The notes below the pieces were generated by a model. That model did not search any database. It was not told the origin of the DNA and saw only the letters and a program-made list of their open reading frames with translations. This document shows positions 27,474-37,853 of a DNA stretch of 64,000 nt, piece after piece. Where the stretch lies: positions 1 to 64,000 of the forward strand of contig CAVRUC010000010.1 of assembly GCA_963724295.1 (NCBI GenBank), written 5' to 3'. The stretch's first letter is position 1, and each line of letters starts with the position of its first letter. Source of the DNA: an uncultured Chloroflexia bacterium. GTDB taxonomy: Bacteria; Chloroflexota; Chloroflexia; Thermomicrobiales; UBA6265. A program made the position numbers and the translations under genes.

Positions 27474-28181
27474 ATGGCGAACGAAGACCTGGGAGACGAG
27501 TTTCAGACCTACATGCTGGTGGTGGCCCACCCCGACGACAGCGAGTTCTCGTCCGCGGGGACCGTCGCCAGGTTGAAGGACGCCGGCAAGCGGGTCGTGC
27601 TCATCCAGGTGACCTCCGGCGACCGGGGTAGCGCAGATGCCACCGCCGATCCGGTGGACGTTGCCCGCACGCGAGAGGCCGAAATGATCGAGGCGGCCAG
27701 CCGGCTTGATATGGACGAGGTCGTCTTCCTGCGCTGTCCCGATGGCTCGCTCATGCCGGACCTCGACCTGCGAGAGAAGATCGTGCGCATGATCCGGACG
27801 CACAAACCGGACGTGGTCATCACGCACGATCCATTTCGCCCCTATGCGCTCCATCCCGACCACCGCGCCGTCGGTCTGGCCACGACCGATGCCGTCTACC
27901 CGACCGCGCGCGATCCGCTCTATTTCCCCGAGCATCTCGCGGAGGGTCTCGAGCCGCACAAGGCCGCCGAGATCTGGTTCTTTGGTCCGGAGCATCCCGA
28001 CAAGGTCGTCGATATTACCGGCACGTTCGATCGCAAGATCGATGCGCTGCGCGCCCACGTATCTCAGATCGGCGACGGCACAGAGCTGGAGCCTCGCATG
28101 CGGGACCGGGCCAAAGAGCTGGCCGAGGGGCAGCCGTTCGAGCTCGGCGAGGCCTTCAAGGTCGTCCAGATGCGGCGGTGA
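27474..28181 (+). CDS. PIG-L/LmbE family deacetylase
   Basis: VAHPDD, HPDH, ALRAHVSQ. Confidence 0.9.
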   Translation: MANEDLGDEFQTYMLVVAHPDDSEFSSAGTVARLKDAGKRVVLIQVTSGDRGSADATADPVDVARTREAEMIEAASRLDMDEVVFLRCPDGSLMPDLDLREKIVRMIRTHKPDVVITHDPFRPYALHPDHRAVGLATTDAVYPTARDPLYFPEHLAEGLEPHKAAEIWFFGPEHPDKVVDITGTFDRKIDALRAHVSQIGDGTELEPRMRDRAKELAEGQPFELGEAFKVVQMRR

Positions 28182-28185
28182 CGGG

Positions 28186-28213
28186 GGTCGGAGGTCGGAA
28201 GTCGGAAGTCGGG
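28186..28213. repeat. Heptamer tandem repeat (RGTCGGA x4)
   Basis: ggtcgga ggtcgga agtcgga agtcggg. Confidence 0.75.
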
Positions 28214-28233
28214 CGTCGACGGTACGACAGCCT

Positions 28234-28257
28234 GTAGGGGCGACGCAGGCGTCGCCC
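28234..28257 (+). repeat. GTAG-type REP element
   Basis: GTAG-GGGCGACGC-ag-GCGTCGCCC palindrome. Confidence 0.7.
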
Positions 28258-28318
28258 GCATCTCCCGGGTCGTCCCTTAGGGCGAGAACGCGCTAGAAAA
28301 ACCATCCGCGGAGGCTAA

Positions 28319-29570
28319 ATGGATCGGTTCGCGGGTACCACGGCCGGCGAGAGTCGCGGGCGCGCCGTCCGGGCCGCCCGGGACGCGTTCGGGTCGGACT
28401 GGAAACCAGACGGGGTCGCCATCGCCCCAGGACGAATCGAGCTGCTCGGCAATCACGTCGACTACAACGGCGGTCCCGTGCTGGCCGCGGCTATCGACCG
28501 CTTCATCGTCGTCGCCATAGCCAGGGAGCCCGGCCGGGAGCAGACGGTTCGTGCCATCGCCGCCGACGCTCCAGAGGAAGCATGTGGCGACCCTCGATGC
28601 CGATGCGCTCGCGGGTTGGCGCAACCCATCACCTCCACCCCGATCGCTCGATTATGTACGCGGACTCCTCGCCGGGCTGCAACAGCGAGAACGCTCCTCC
28701 CTCAGGCCCCGGCTCCCGGCATCGATCGCCATCGCCGGCGACGTTCCCATAGGGTTCGGCATCAGCTCGTCCGCGGCGCTGTGTGTCAGTTTGGCGCTCG
28801 CGCTCGCCGACGGGTTCTCCGGACCGGAGGAGGTCGTTCTCCTCGCCCAGGAGGCGGAGCATCGAGCGGGCACGCCCTGCGGCACGATGGACCAATCCGC
28901 TTCCATCTCGGGAGGGGTCATCGCCTTCGACGGGGCCACGCTCGGCGTGGAACGGCTCTCGCCTCGTCTGGGAGACCTGGTGTTTGCCGTGGCGGACTCC
29001 GGTGTGAAGCGGAGTCTGGGCAGCTCCTCGTATCCGATCCGGGTCGAGGAATCGCGGCAGGCGCTGGAGCTGTCACGGGAGCGCCTCGGGGGAGCGATTC
29101 CGCATCTGGCCGCCATCACTCAGGAGCAATTGGACGCTCTGAATCGCGACGACGTCGTGCCGGAGCCTCTCCTGAAGCGGGTGCGGCACGTCGTCGAGGA
29201 GACGGCTCGGGTCGCAGCGGGCCGGGCGGCCATGATCGCGGGCGACTGGCCGCGTTTCGGCCAGCTGATGACCGCCTCCGGTCGCTCCTCGGCGACCCTC
29301 TATGAGATCAGCCATCCCCGGGTCGAGGAGCTCGTTGCCGAGGCCCTGACCGTCGAGGGCACACTGGGAGCCCGCATGATGGGGGGCGGCGAAGGCGGCG
29401 CTGCGCTGGCACTCATCTCCCGCGATGCCGTTCCCCAGTTGGAAGAAACGCTACGGTCGGGTTACTACGCCCGCTATGGCATGGCGGACCGCGATGGGTT
29501 GATCCACATCTGTGCCTTTGCGCCGGGCGCAACCTACATCACCGCCGGTGACGCGTCAGAAGGAGCCTGA
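28319..29570 (+). CDS. galK: Galactokinase-family (GHMP) sugar kinase, frameshift near 28578
   Basis: APGRIELLGNHVDYNGG in frame 1; PIGFGISSSAA, CGTMDQ, GARMMGGG in frame 2. Confidence 0.75.
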
Positions 29571-29897
29571 TCGGACTTTGGCGTGTCTCAGAATCGATCG
29601 CTTCAGCTTGCGCCGGATATCCCGGCTCCCGCGTTGCCGATTGCGATACGCCGTCGTGAGATGACAGCCGGTTACGGGATCGAGCACCAGCACCGTGCCC
29701 TCAAGCCTGCGGTAGCGATCTTCGCGCCGATCCTCCGCGGGGATATCACGCAGCCCGAGGTAGACGAACGTCGCTTTGCCCCTGTGATGCAAGCGGCCAT
29801 GCGTGTAGACGTACTGCACGTCGTCGGTCGTGAGATTTCGCTGCGCGAGACGGCGACTGGCGTGATCGGACATCGTCGCCACGGAAGAGTTGCGCAC
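29556..29897 (-). CDS. DUF4258-like small protein
   Basis: RBS AGGGGAGG; SDHASRRLAQRNL...TTAYRN. Confidence 0.65.
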   Translation of the reverse strand: MRNSSVATMSDHASRRLAQRNLTTDDVQYVYTHGRLHHRGKATFVYLGLRDIPAEDRREDRYRRLEGTVLVLDPVTGCHLTTAYRNRQRGSRDIRRKLKRSILRHAKVRSGSF

Positions 29898-30063
29898 GGT
29901 CTCGCCTCCCCTGCGCCTGGCATGGGGTGGGAGCCGGATGACCGCTCAGGCGCGAGAAGCGGGCTGCCCGGAGGGGGCGATGCGGTTCAACGATAGTGCC
30001 GGATGAGCGGCTGTCCGTCAAGCCCCCTCGACATATTGCAGGTCTCGCATTGGCGCGCCCCGC

Positions 30064-31092
30064 TCAGTAACCCGCCTCGAGGTCGACGAGGTTGCGCGGC
30101 AATGCGCCGCGCTGGATGCGCCGGATGTTGTCGGCGATGAGGTCGGCCTGTCGCTCCCAATATCGCGGCGTGGCCCCCGAGGTGTGAGCGGTGATCAGGA
30201 CGTTCTCCATATCCCAGAGGGGCGAATCCTCGGGCAGCGGCTCCGGATCGGTAACGTCGAGACCCGCGCCACCAAGATGCCCGGACTCCAGTGCCGCGAT
30301 CAGCGCCGATGTGTCGATCACCGTGCCGCGCCCGACGTTGTAGATGGCGGCTCCCGGCTTCATCGCGGCAAACGCCGCCGCATCGAACAGTCCACGCGAG
30401 CGCGGTGTGTTCGGCAGGGTGACGACCACATGATCCGCATCCGCCAGCGCCGCGGGCAGATCCGCGATCGCAAACACCCGATCGAATCCCGCGGGCGGTG
30501 ACGCGTCGGCACGTCGCCGTAGGCCGTTGACACGCATCCCGAACGCCGCGGCCCGCTGCGCCACGGCGCATCCAATCTCACCAATACCGGCGATCAGCAC
30601 GGTCTGGCCCTGGAGCTCGCCTACCTCGCGATGCGTTGCCTCGTCTCGCCATTCGCGCCGGGTCTGCGCTCGCAGCAAGCGTGGAAAGCGACGGGTCAGC
30701 GCGATCATCATGCCCAGCACATGTTCGGCCATATTCGGCGCGGACACGCCGCTGGAGTTCGTCAGCATCACCCCGCGCGCCGCGATCTGCGCCAGCTCGT
30801 AGCGTTCGACGCCGGCGCCCGCGGCGTGCATCCAGCGCAGGCGGGTGGCGGCCGCGAGCAGGTGCGCTGGCAACTCCCAGCCGATCACGGCATCCGCATC
30901 TCTGATATCGTCCTCCGTTGGCGTGGCACGCACGGTTACCGAGTCATCATCGTCGACGTTGGTTTCGCCCGGCACAATGAACCGGATCTCAGGAAATTCC
31001 GCCCGAAATCGCGAAAGGATCGCCTCCGGGACGCTCATGGCGATGACTACGGTGCGTAGTGGGGTCGACAGATCGGGCTCCGATTCACTCAT
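30064..31092 (-). CDS. D-2-hydroxyacid dehydrogenase family protein
   Basis: GAGVE, GIGEIG, NVGRG, LDVTDPEPL, ITAHTSG. Confidence 0.92.
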   Translation of the reverse strand: MSESEPDLSTPLRTVVIAMSVPEAILSRFRAEFPEIRFIVPGETNVDDDDSVTVRATPTEDDIRDADAVIGWELPAHLLAAATRLRWMHAAGAGVERYELAQIAARGVMLTNSSGVSAPNMAEHVLGMMIALTRRFPRLLRAQTRREWRDEATHREVGELQGQTVLIAGIGEIGCAVAQRAAAFGMRVNGLRRRADASPPAGFDRVFAIADLPAALADADHVVVTLPNTPRSRGLFDAAAFAAMKPGAAIYNVGRGTVIDTSALIAALESGHLGGAGLDVTDPEPLPEDSPLWDMENVLITAHTSGATPRYWERQADLIADNIRRIQRGALPRNLVDLEAGY

Positions 31093-31245
31093 TCCAGCCG
31101 ACGGTCCTTTCTGTGACTCACAGAAACATTCCAGATCGTTCGCGCGTTGCACATATTAGGACCCGCGAGAGGGCCAGGGAACGGGTCGTTTTGCCCGCCT
31201 TCGTCTATACTCGAGACTGGGAACCCCGCAGCGCCGGGAGGCGTC

Positions 31246-32193
31246 ATGCGCGTCCAAGATCGTACAGCGAGCAATCTCCTGCCGCGCGCCGGCGGATGGT
31301 CGTCCTCAGTGGCGATCGTCGCCGCGTTGCTTGCTGCGCTCTGGCTACCGTTTGGGGTTGCGGCGCAGGAATCCGACACCGAGACAGCGCACTCTCTAGG
31401 AGTCAACGTCCTCTTCCCTGACGATGGTCTGGTCGAAGGGGAGCAGTTGTGTCTTGCGCTCTTTCCCAGCACCGATCCTGACCTGACCAAACCGCCGCTC
31501 CTCTCCCGCTGCCTCGACCCGGGCAGCGCCGCGGTGTCGTTTGAAGGACTACGCTCCGGGCAGTACAGCGTGCTGCTGCCGGGACCGGGATCGGATCTCG
31601 GGGAGCAGCGCTATCAGGGCCAGCTCGTCTCCACCACCATTCCCGAGGATGACCGGCTCGATGCGTTTGGCATCGAGGTCTCGGTCGGTCTCGCTCCGGA
31701 GTTCGCCGGAACCACTGGTCGCGTTCATGTCAATGTTTTTGGATGCCCGGCGGGAACGGACGCCGGCACTAACCGAGACGACTGGGCGACCGAGTGTCAC
31801 GCGCTCGCCGGCGGCGTCCCCCTTTCGTTGAGCGGCACGGGAAGTATCCACGACGCCGCCTTCGAGGCCGTAACGGGGGTGTCGGGCGACAATTCGGGTC
31901 GCGTCGAGTTCACCGACTTGCCGCCCGGCGCCTATGAGCTGGGTAGTGAGCTTCCGGAAAACGTAGGCAGCGACCCGGCCCTCTTCGTCGAGTCGAGCAT
32001 CGACGGCAGTCTGGGATCGCTCGAGCCAAGTGACACGCTCGCTCTTCGCCCAACGGAGACCGTCGCGGTTGACGTCTTTCTGGTGCTCGATCAAGACGAA
32101 GCAGTCGATGCCAGCGACGTTGTCGGCGTCACCGATATTCAGATCACCGGTGGCGTGTCGGCCGACGCGGACGGATCCGATCCACTCGACTGA
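31246..32193 (+). CDS. Secreted hypothetical protein with Cys-containing beta-sandwich-like domains
   Basis: RBS GGGAGG; signal peptide ending VAAQ; GRVHVNVFGCP...FTDLPPGAYEL. Confidence 0.7.
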   Translation: MRVQDRTASNLLPRAGGWSSSVAIVAALLAALWLPFGVAAQESDTETAHSLGVNVLFPDDGLVEGEQLCLALFPSTDPDLTKPPLLSRCLDPGSAAVSFEGLRSGQYSVLLPGPGSDLGEQRYQGQLVSTTIPEDDRLDAFGIEVSVGLAPEFAGTTGRVHVNVFGCPAGTDAGTNRDDWATECHALAGGVPLSLSGTGSIHDAAFEAVTGVSGDNSGRVEFTDLPPGAYELGSELPENVGSDPALFVESSIDGSLGSLEPSDTLALRPTETVAVDVFLVLDQDEAVDASDVVGVTDIQITGGVSADADGSDPLD

Positions 32194-32222
32194 GCGCGTT
32201 CACCTGAACCGGCTACCAACAC

Positions 32223-32256
32223 CACCGGCGGGCTTTCGCCCGCCGGTGCTTTTTCT
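32223..32256 (+). terminator. Rho-independent terminator
   Basis: caccggcgggc-tttc-gcccgccggtg followed by a T tract. Confidence 0.8.
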
Positions 32257-32273
32257 GTCTTGATTCTCCGCGC

Positions 32274-33329
32274 TCAGCCGCCGATCTGGGACATCCCGCG
32301 CACGGTCTCGCGCTCGCCTTCCGCCAGACCGTGCCCCCATGGCTTGCGCCAGATCGCGGCACGGATCGCTCGCTCCAGGGTTTCGTCGTCGGCGCCGGCA
32401 CGCATTACGTCACGAAGGTCTCCTTCGTCCGGACGCAGCAGACAGAGCCGCAGTTTGCCGTCCGCAGTCAACCGCACGCGGTTGCACGCGGCGCAGAACG
32501 GCTCAGACACCGGGGAGATGAACCCGATCGTCCCGGCCGCTCCGGGGATTTTCCAGAGACGGGCCGGATCCGCGGCATCGGTTTCGACCGGCTCGAGCGG
32601 TCCGAAGCGGGCTTCCAGTCTCGCCTGCGTCTCTTCCGAGCTGACCAGCGCTTCGTCGTGGACGTCGCCGACCCCCTCCAGCGGCATGATCTCCAGAAAC
32701 CGCACCTGCCATGGCCGGTCGATGGTGAGCGCCGCCATGTCGCCGACTTCGAAGTCATTTTGATCCTTGACGACGACGGTATTGAGCTTGATCGGTCGCA
32801 GACCAGCGGCGTCCGCCGCTTCGATTCCCTGCCAGACGAGATCGAGCCGGCCACCACGGGTCATCGCTTTGAATCGATCGGGGTCGAGGGTGTCGATCGA
32901 AACGTTGACCCGGTCAAGACCAGCGTCCGCCAGATCCTCGGCCAATCGACCCAACAGCAGCGCGTTGGTCGTCATCGACACTTCTGTGATGCCCGGGAAT
33001 GACTTGATCCCTCGCACGAGATCGACCAGGCCGCGACGAATCGTGGGCTCGCCACCGGTCAGGCGGACCTTCGTGACGCCGACCCGCGCAAAAAGCCCGA
33101 TCAGGCGCAGAAGCTCGTCGTCGTTGAGATGCTCCTCTTTTGGCTGGAACTTCATGCCGAGCGCTGGCATGCAGTAGACGCAACGGAAGTTACAGCGGTC
33201 CGTCAGCGAGATACGCAGGTAGGTCATGGCGCGGCCAAAAGCGTCCCTAGCCACACCGGTGACCGGCGCAATCGCCTCGCCAATCGGGAAAAGCCGGATA
33301 GGGCTGATCGAGGTGCTTGCCGCCACCAT
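32274..33329 (-). CDS. moaA: GTP 3',8-cyclase MoaA
   Basis: LRISLTDRCNFRCVYC, FCAACNRVRLT..G.LRLCL, C-terminal MSQIGG. Confidence 0.97.
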   Translation of the reverse strand: MVAASTSISPIRLFPIGEAIAPVTGVARDAFGRAMTYLRISLTDRCNFRCVYCMPALGMKFQPKEEHLNDDELLRLIGLFARVGVTKVRLTGGEPTIRRGLVDLVRGIKSFPGITEVSMTTNALLLGRLAEDLADAGLDRVNVSIDTLDPDRFKAMTRGGRLDLVWQGIEAADAAGLRPIKLNTVVVKDQNDFEVGDMAALTIDRPWQVRFLEIMPLEGVGDVHDEALVSSEETQARLEARFGPLEPVETDAADPARLWKIPGAAGTIGFISPVSEPFCAACNRVRLTADGKLRLCLLRPDEGDLRDVMRAGADDETLERAIRAAIWRKPWGHGLAEGERETVRGMSQIGG

Positions 33330-33399
33330 CCGTGCTCTCCACTGTCTCTCCGGCGGACCATCCACCGGACTATTCAATGATTGACTATTCCTGCCACCA

Positions 33400-33428
33400 A
33401 GAGTAACACCGGGGGATTCAGGGGTCAA
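33400..33428 (-). promoter_or_regulatory. Sigma70-type promoter for moaA
   Basis: TTGACC-N17-TACTCT with an extended -10 TG on the minus strand. Confidence 0.55.
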
Positions 33429-33574
33429 TCAGGTGGCGGCGCGGCCGCTTCCGGCGCGATGGGATTGCACGATTTCGCGCCGCGGGCGACCATCTCAGCA
33501 TGACGCGCCCGTGTCCGAGACTCACCAGGGTATCGTCGGCATGAGCATGGTTACCCGCGACGGAAGGAACGAGG

Positions 33575-34204
33575 TTGGAACTCACCACATCCGAGGAACG
33601 TAGCATCGAGATCGAGCGACCGCTGACACCGAAGGCGCGAGCCCTCCTGCACGAATGGGTCGAAAGCGAAAGCTTGCGTAAGCACTGCGAGGCGGTTTCA
33701 GCCTGCCTCCGCCACGTGGCGCGACGCGACGGCGAGGACGAGGATCTGTGGGGCGCCGTCGGCCTGCTCCATGACATGGATTTCGAGAAGCACCCCAATC
33801 TGGAGCTCGCGCCGGACGGTCATCCCTTTGTCGCGGTCGCTCACCTGCGTGACGGCGGGTGGGGGCAGACCGTCTGCCGCGCCATCCTCAGCCATGCTGA
33901 CTACAGCGGCGTCGAGCCGGAATCCGCGTTGGAGAAAACGCTGAGCGCCGTCGACGAGTTGAGTGGATTCGTCATCGCCGTCGCCCTGGTGCGGCCGGAC
34001 AAGAGCATCCACAACGTCGAGGTCAAGTCCGTGCTCAAGAAGATGAAGGACAAGGCCTTCGCCGCCAAGGTCAACCGTGAGGATATCGTCCGCGGCGCGG
34101 AGCGCCTGGGTGTTCCGCTGGAGCAGCTGATCGCCGAAGTCATCGCCGCGCTGCGCACCGAATCGGACCGTCTCGGCGTGAGCGGTACGCCTGGCGCGGG
34201 CTGA
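33575..34204 (+). CDS. HDIG/HD domain metal-dependent hydrolase
   Basis: SLRKHC, GLLHDMD, AILSHA, KKMKDKAFA. Confidence 0.85.
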   Translation: MELTTSEERSIEIERPLTPKARALLHEWVESESLRKHCEAVSACLRHVARRDGEDEDLWGAVGLLHDMDFEKHPNLELAPDGHPFVAVAHLRDGGWGQTVCRAILSHADYSGVEPESALEKTLSAVDELSGFVIAVALVRPDKSIHNVEVKSVLKKMKDKAFAAKVNREDIVRGAERLGVPLEQLIAEVIAALRTESDRLGVSGTPGAG

Positions 34205-34221
34205 GCAAGAACGATCCGCAA

Positions 34222-35313
34222 TCAGCGGCGTATGCCGAGCTGCATGCGCAGTAATCTGCTGACGCTCTCTGTCACCCGCTCCGGTGGGACGTCGCCGCTT
34301 TCGACTCGCGCTGCCAGGTGATCGACGAGCGCCGCTAGCTCGGCGTCTGTGACGACGAAGAGCAGGAGATCATTCCCGGCCGCGACAGCCAGATCGACGA
34401 TCTCGAAGGGGTTCCAGGTCGCCAGCGCGCCCATGCCGAGATCGTCGCTGACCACGACCCCGGTGAACCCCAGATCCTGCCGCAGCACGCGGACGGACTC
34501 TGGCGACAGCGACGCCGGCAGCTCGTCCCACGTTGGGACGGCCAGGTGACCCAGCATCACCATTGGCACGCCGGCTTCGACCGCGATCCGGAACGGCAGC
34601 GCGTCTTCCTGCCACCAGGTGGCGGCATCGACGTCCAGGACCGGCAGCGCCTCGTGGGAATCGACGGAGACGCGACCATGCCCCGGGAAATGCTTGACGC
34701 CGTGCAGGACGGCGGTCCCATCGACCCCGGCAAGATACGCCGCAACGTCCTGGGCCACGACTTGCGGATCGTCCCCGAACGCTCGCCCGCTCATGAAGCT
34801 ATCCGGGCTGAATGCCACATCGGCGACGGGCGCGAAGTTGACGTCGAACCCGTAGGCGGCGAGTCTCTCGGCGCGGGCCCGCGCCAGCGCGGAGATCTCG
34901 GCCGCGGGGAGTTGCCCCAGCGTCGGGGCATCGGGAGCAGGGTCGTCAGCAATGCGACTGACGATGCCGCCCTCCTGATCGAGCGCGACGAGCGGTGGCA
35001 GCTCCGGGTTCGTGGCGTGGATGGCCGTCACCAGGGCTCGCACCTCGTCCGGCGTGCCGAAATTGCCCCCCACCAGGATGACCCCCGCCGGTTTGAGCGC
35101 GCGGAGCAGGGCGTCGTCCTCCGCGCTGAGCACGGTCCCGGAAATGGGGAACATGAACATCCGAGCCGCCCGCTCTCGTGGTGTCATCGCCGCGACGAGC
35201 GCATCCACGTCGCTCTCCTGCGCGCGGGCATGACGCGATCGGGTCAGGAGAAGGCTGCAGACCGCCGCGAGCGCCCGCCGCGACAGCCGCGCTGAGCGAG
35301 CGAACCTCGTCAT
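34222..35313 (-). CDS. GH3 beta-N-acetylhexosaminidase (NagZ-like) with Tat-like signal
   Basis: DQEGGIVSR, KHFPGHG..VDSH, VSDDLGMGAL; SRRAL N-terminus. Confidence 0.88.
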   Translation of the reverse strand: MTRFARSARLSRRALAAVCSLLLTRSRHARAQESDVDALVAAMTPRERAARMFMFPISGTVLSAEDDALLRALKPAGVILVGGNFGTPDEVRALVTAIHATNPELPPLVALDQEGGIVSRIADDPAPDAPTLGQLPAAEISALARARAERLAAYGFDVNFAPVADVAFSPDSFMSGRAFGDDPQVVAQDVAAYLAGVDGTAVLHGVKHFPGHGRVSVDSHEALPVLDVDAATWWQEDALPFRIAVEAGVPMVMLGHLAVPTWDELPASLSPESVRVLRQDLGFTGVVVSDDLGMGALATWNPFEIVDLAVAAGNDLLLFVVTDAELAALVDHLAARVESGDVPPERVTESVSRLLRMQLGIRR

Positions 35314-36614
35314 GGCGCCTCCGCGAACGCATCGACCACCGGCGGCCGGCGTCGCCAGCGTGGCAGGGCACTACTGAGCTCGCCCGAGCGCACACGCGGA
35401 TGCCGGCTGTAGTAGCCGACGAAGACGATCATCGCCAGCGCGGTGAAGACGATCAGATCGAAAAAGGTCGCCTGGTATCCGACATTGACGATGAGGATCC
35501 CAGCCACCAGGCTCGCCGCGGAGAAGCCCAGGTTCCACGCGGCGGCCCGCAGACCATAGACCCGCGTCCTGGCGCGAGGGGGCAGCACTTCAGCGATGAA
35601 GGTCGAATCGATCGGCCAGGCCATCGAGATACTTGTCTGCCGCACGATGTGGGTCACGGCGGCGAGCGGTAGGTTCGGGGTGAGGATCAAGGCGAGGTAG
35701 AACGGAAGGATCGACAACCGGACGACGGCCACGCCGATGAGCGAGCCGAGGTGTCGTGAGATGAGGGGAGCCAACAGTCCGACGGCCGCGGCACTGAGGC
35801 CGCCCAGCGCATAGACGTAGCCAACGGTCGTCGCATCCGCGCCCAGCGTGGTCAGGTAGACGTTGAAGAAGGGAAAGACCATCCCCGCCCCAACCGCCAT
35901 CAACCCGCCTACCAGGACGAAGACGGCGAGGTCCTGCCGCACGCGCCGCCGTTCGCCGGGGTCCGCCGCCTCCTTCACCGCGGTGGGATCCGGGAGTCCA
36001 CCTCCCCGGCGAGCCGCGCGCATGAGGAACATGGGGACGAGGCCGAGCGCGGCAATGCCGGTACCCGCTACCAGCGTCCATCGGTAGGTCAGAAGATCGG
36101 TGCCAGGCAACACATCGGGCAGGAAGCCACCCAGGAGCGATCCGAACGTCAACGAAAGCGAGGCAACCGAGAATGACAGCGCGGAGACGAACTGGCGCTC
36201 ATCGCGCCGTGTCCAGGCGATGACGAACGGCATGGTGGTGGTGAACAAGTAGGCGAGCCCGACGCCGGAGATCGCCGACAGGACGAGGAGCAGCGGGCGG
36301 GCCTCGGCAAAGGCGAGTCCGAGCGAGGCCAGGAGAAAGACCGAGACTCCGGAGACGATCGAACGCCAGATGCCGAGCCGGTCGAGAACAGTCCCCATCG
36401 TCGCCGCGCCTCCGGCCATGGCCAGAGTCTGTGCCGCGCTGAACGCACCCATGTCGTCTTCACGCAAATTCAGCTCGCGCAGATAGAGGTTGAAAATCAG
36501 CGTGAATACGCCCCAACCGACATTGGCCAGCAGGTTGTAAAAGAGAAAGAGCCGGACATCGCGACTGAAGTTGAACTGGCGGCGCAGATACCCGAGAGGG
36601 ACAGAGAGCAACAT
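35310..36614 (-). CDS. MFS transporter
   Basis: Multiple TM segments, FNLYL motif; ATGA overlap with the GH3 gene. Confidence 0.85.
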   Translation of the reverse strand: MLLSVPLGYLRRQFNFSRDVRLFLFYNLLANVGWGVFTLIFNLYLRELNLREDDMGAFSAAQTLAMAGGAATMGTVLDRLGIWRSIVSGVSVFLLASLGLAFAEARPLLLVLSAISGVGLAYLFTTTMPFVIAWTRRDERQFVSALSFSVASLSLTFGSLLGGFLPDVLPGTDLLTYRWTLVAGTGIAALGLVPMFLMRAARRGGGLPDPTAVKEAADPGERRRVRQDLAVFVLVGGLMAVGAGMVFPFFNVYLTTLGADATTVGYVYALGGLSAAAVGLLAPLISRHLGSLIGVAVVRLSILPFYLALILTPNLPLAAVTHIVRQTSISMAWPIDSTFIAEVLPPRARTRVYGLRAAAWNLGFSAASLVAGILIVNVGYQATFFDLIVFTALAMIVFVGYYSRHPRVRSGELSSALPRWRRRPPVVDAFAEAP

Positions 36615-36742
36615 TTCACCTCGGGTACGGCTTCGCCGCGGATGTGGCAGGCGCGGAAGAGAGTATATGCCGCCGGTTCCGCTCCTGGCGGTACACTCGG
36701 GCGCGGATTGGGAGCGTAGCGCTCGAGGAGCGACTTGACCAA

Positions 36743-37790
36743 ATGGGAACTTCCGAGTGCGTGCGGGTCGGTCTGGCGGGATTGGGACGGTTCGGCAAGC
36801 TCCACGCCGCGGTGCTCGGTGAGATGGCAGGCGTCGAGCTGGCGGCGGTCTGCGACCCTCAACCGGACGAGGTCGCCGCCATGGTTGCCCGCTATCAAGG
36901 AAGCGCGCGGATTCGCCGACTTCGAGGAGATGCTGGACAACGCAAGCCTCGACGCTGTCTTCATCGTCTCTCCGGAACCGTTCCACGCGGAGCAAGCACT
37001 CGCGGCCCTGTCGCGCGGGATCGCCACGTTTACCGAGAAGCCACTGGCGATGACTTCCATAGAAGGGGAGCGTGTGGCGGCGGCCGCGGCTGCCGCCGGT
37101 GTTCCGCTCCAGGTGGGGCTGGTCCTCCGCTTCGACATCCAGCACGCGTTGCTCAAGTCCGAGATCGCGCGTGGCGCCCTGGGACAGGTGGTATCCCTGC
37201 GTGCGAAGCGCAACACCTCAAAAGCCTGGTTCCCTGACTATGGCGATCGCGCCCACACCGTCTACGAGACCTCGATCCATGACATCGATCTTCTGCTCTG
37301 GTACGCCGGTAGCCCGATCACGAGAGTGCAGGCGGTCGAGAGACACCTCTCCGGACTGCGGTACCCTGAGGGTTGCTGGGCGCTGGTCGAGTTCGCGAGC
37401 GGCGCGGTCGGCATCCTGGAGACGAGCTGGCTGGTGCCCGCCGGCGCGCCGGCGAACGTCGTGACCCCGACCTGGCGCGGCACGATCGACGCCGAGATCG
37501 AGGTCATTGGCGACGCCGGGACCAGTCGCATCCGTCTGCTGGATGCCCCGCTCTCGCTGTGGAGTGAGGGGTTCACGGCGGCGCCCGAGACCGGACTCTG
37601 GCCCGAGGTGAGTGGCTCGATCGGTGGCGCGCTGCGAGACGAGGACGCTCACTTCATCGACCGCGTTCGTCGCGGTGCGCCGGAGTCGATCACGTCCGTC
37701 GCCGACGCGGTGATGGGTCTGCGCGTCGCGGAGGCGATCGTCGCGGCGGCAGCCACTGGAACCGCGGTCGAGCTTGACTCATATGTCTAG
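36743..37790 (+). CDS. Gfo/Idh/MocA oxidoreductase, frameshift near 36898
   Basis: VGLAGLGRFG in one frame; EKPLA and IHDID in the next. Confidence 0.82.
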
Positions 37791-37853
37791 CCTCGTAGAG
37801 TTGCCTTTCCCAGGCATGTCAGGCCGGGCTACCCGGCGAACCAGGAGTCTTCG

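Noticed and set aside
35310..37145. 611-aa MFS protein with a long N-terminal extension
   Set aside because: The extension is antisense to the Gfo/Idh/MocA gene; the real start is probably ATG 36614
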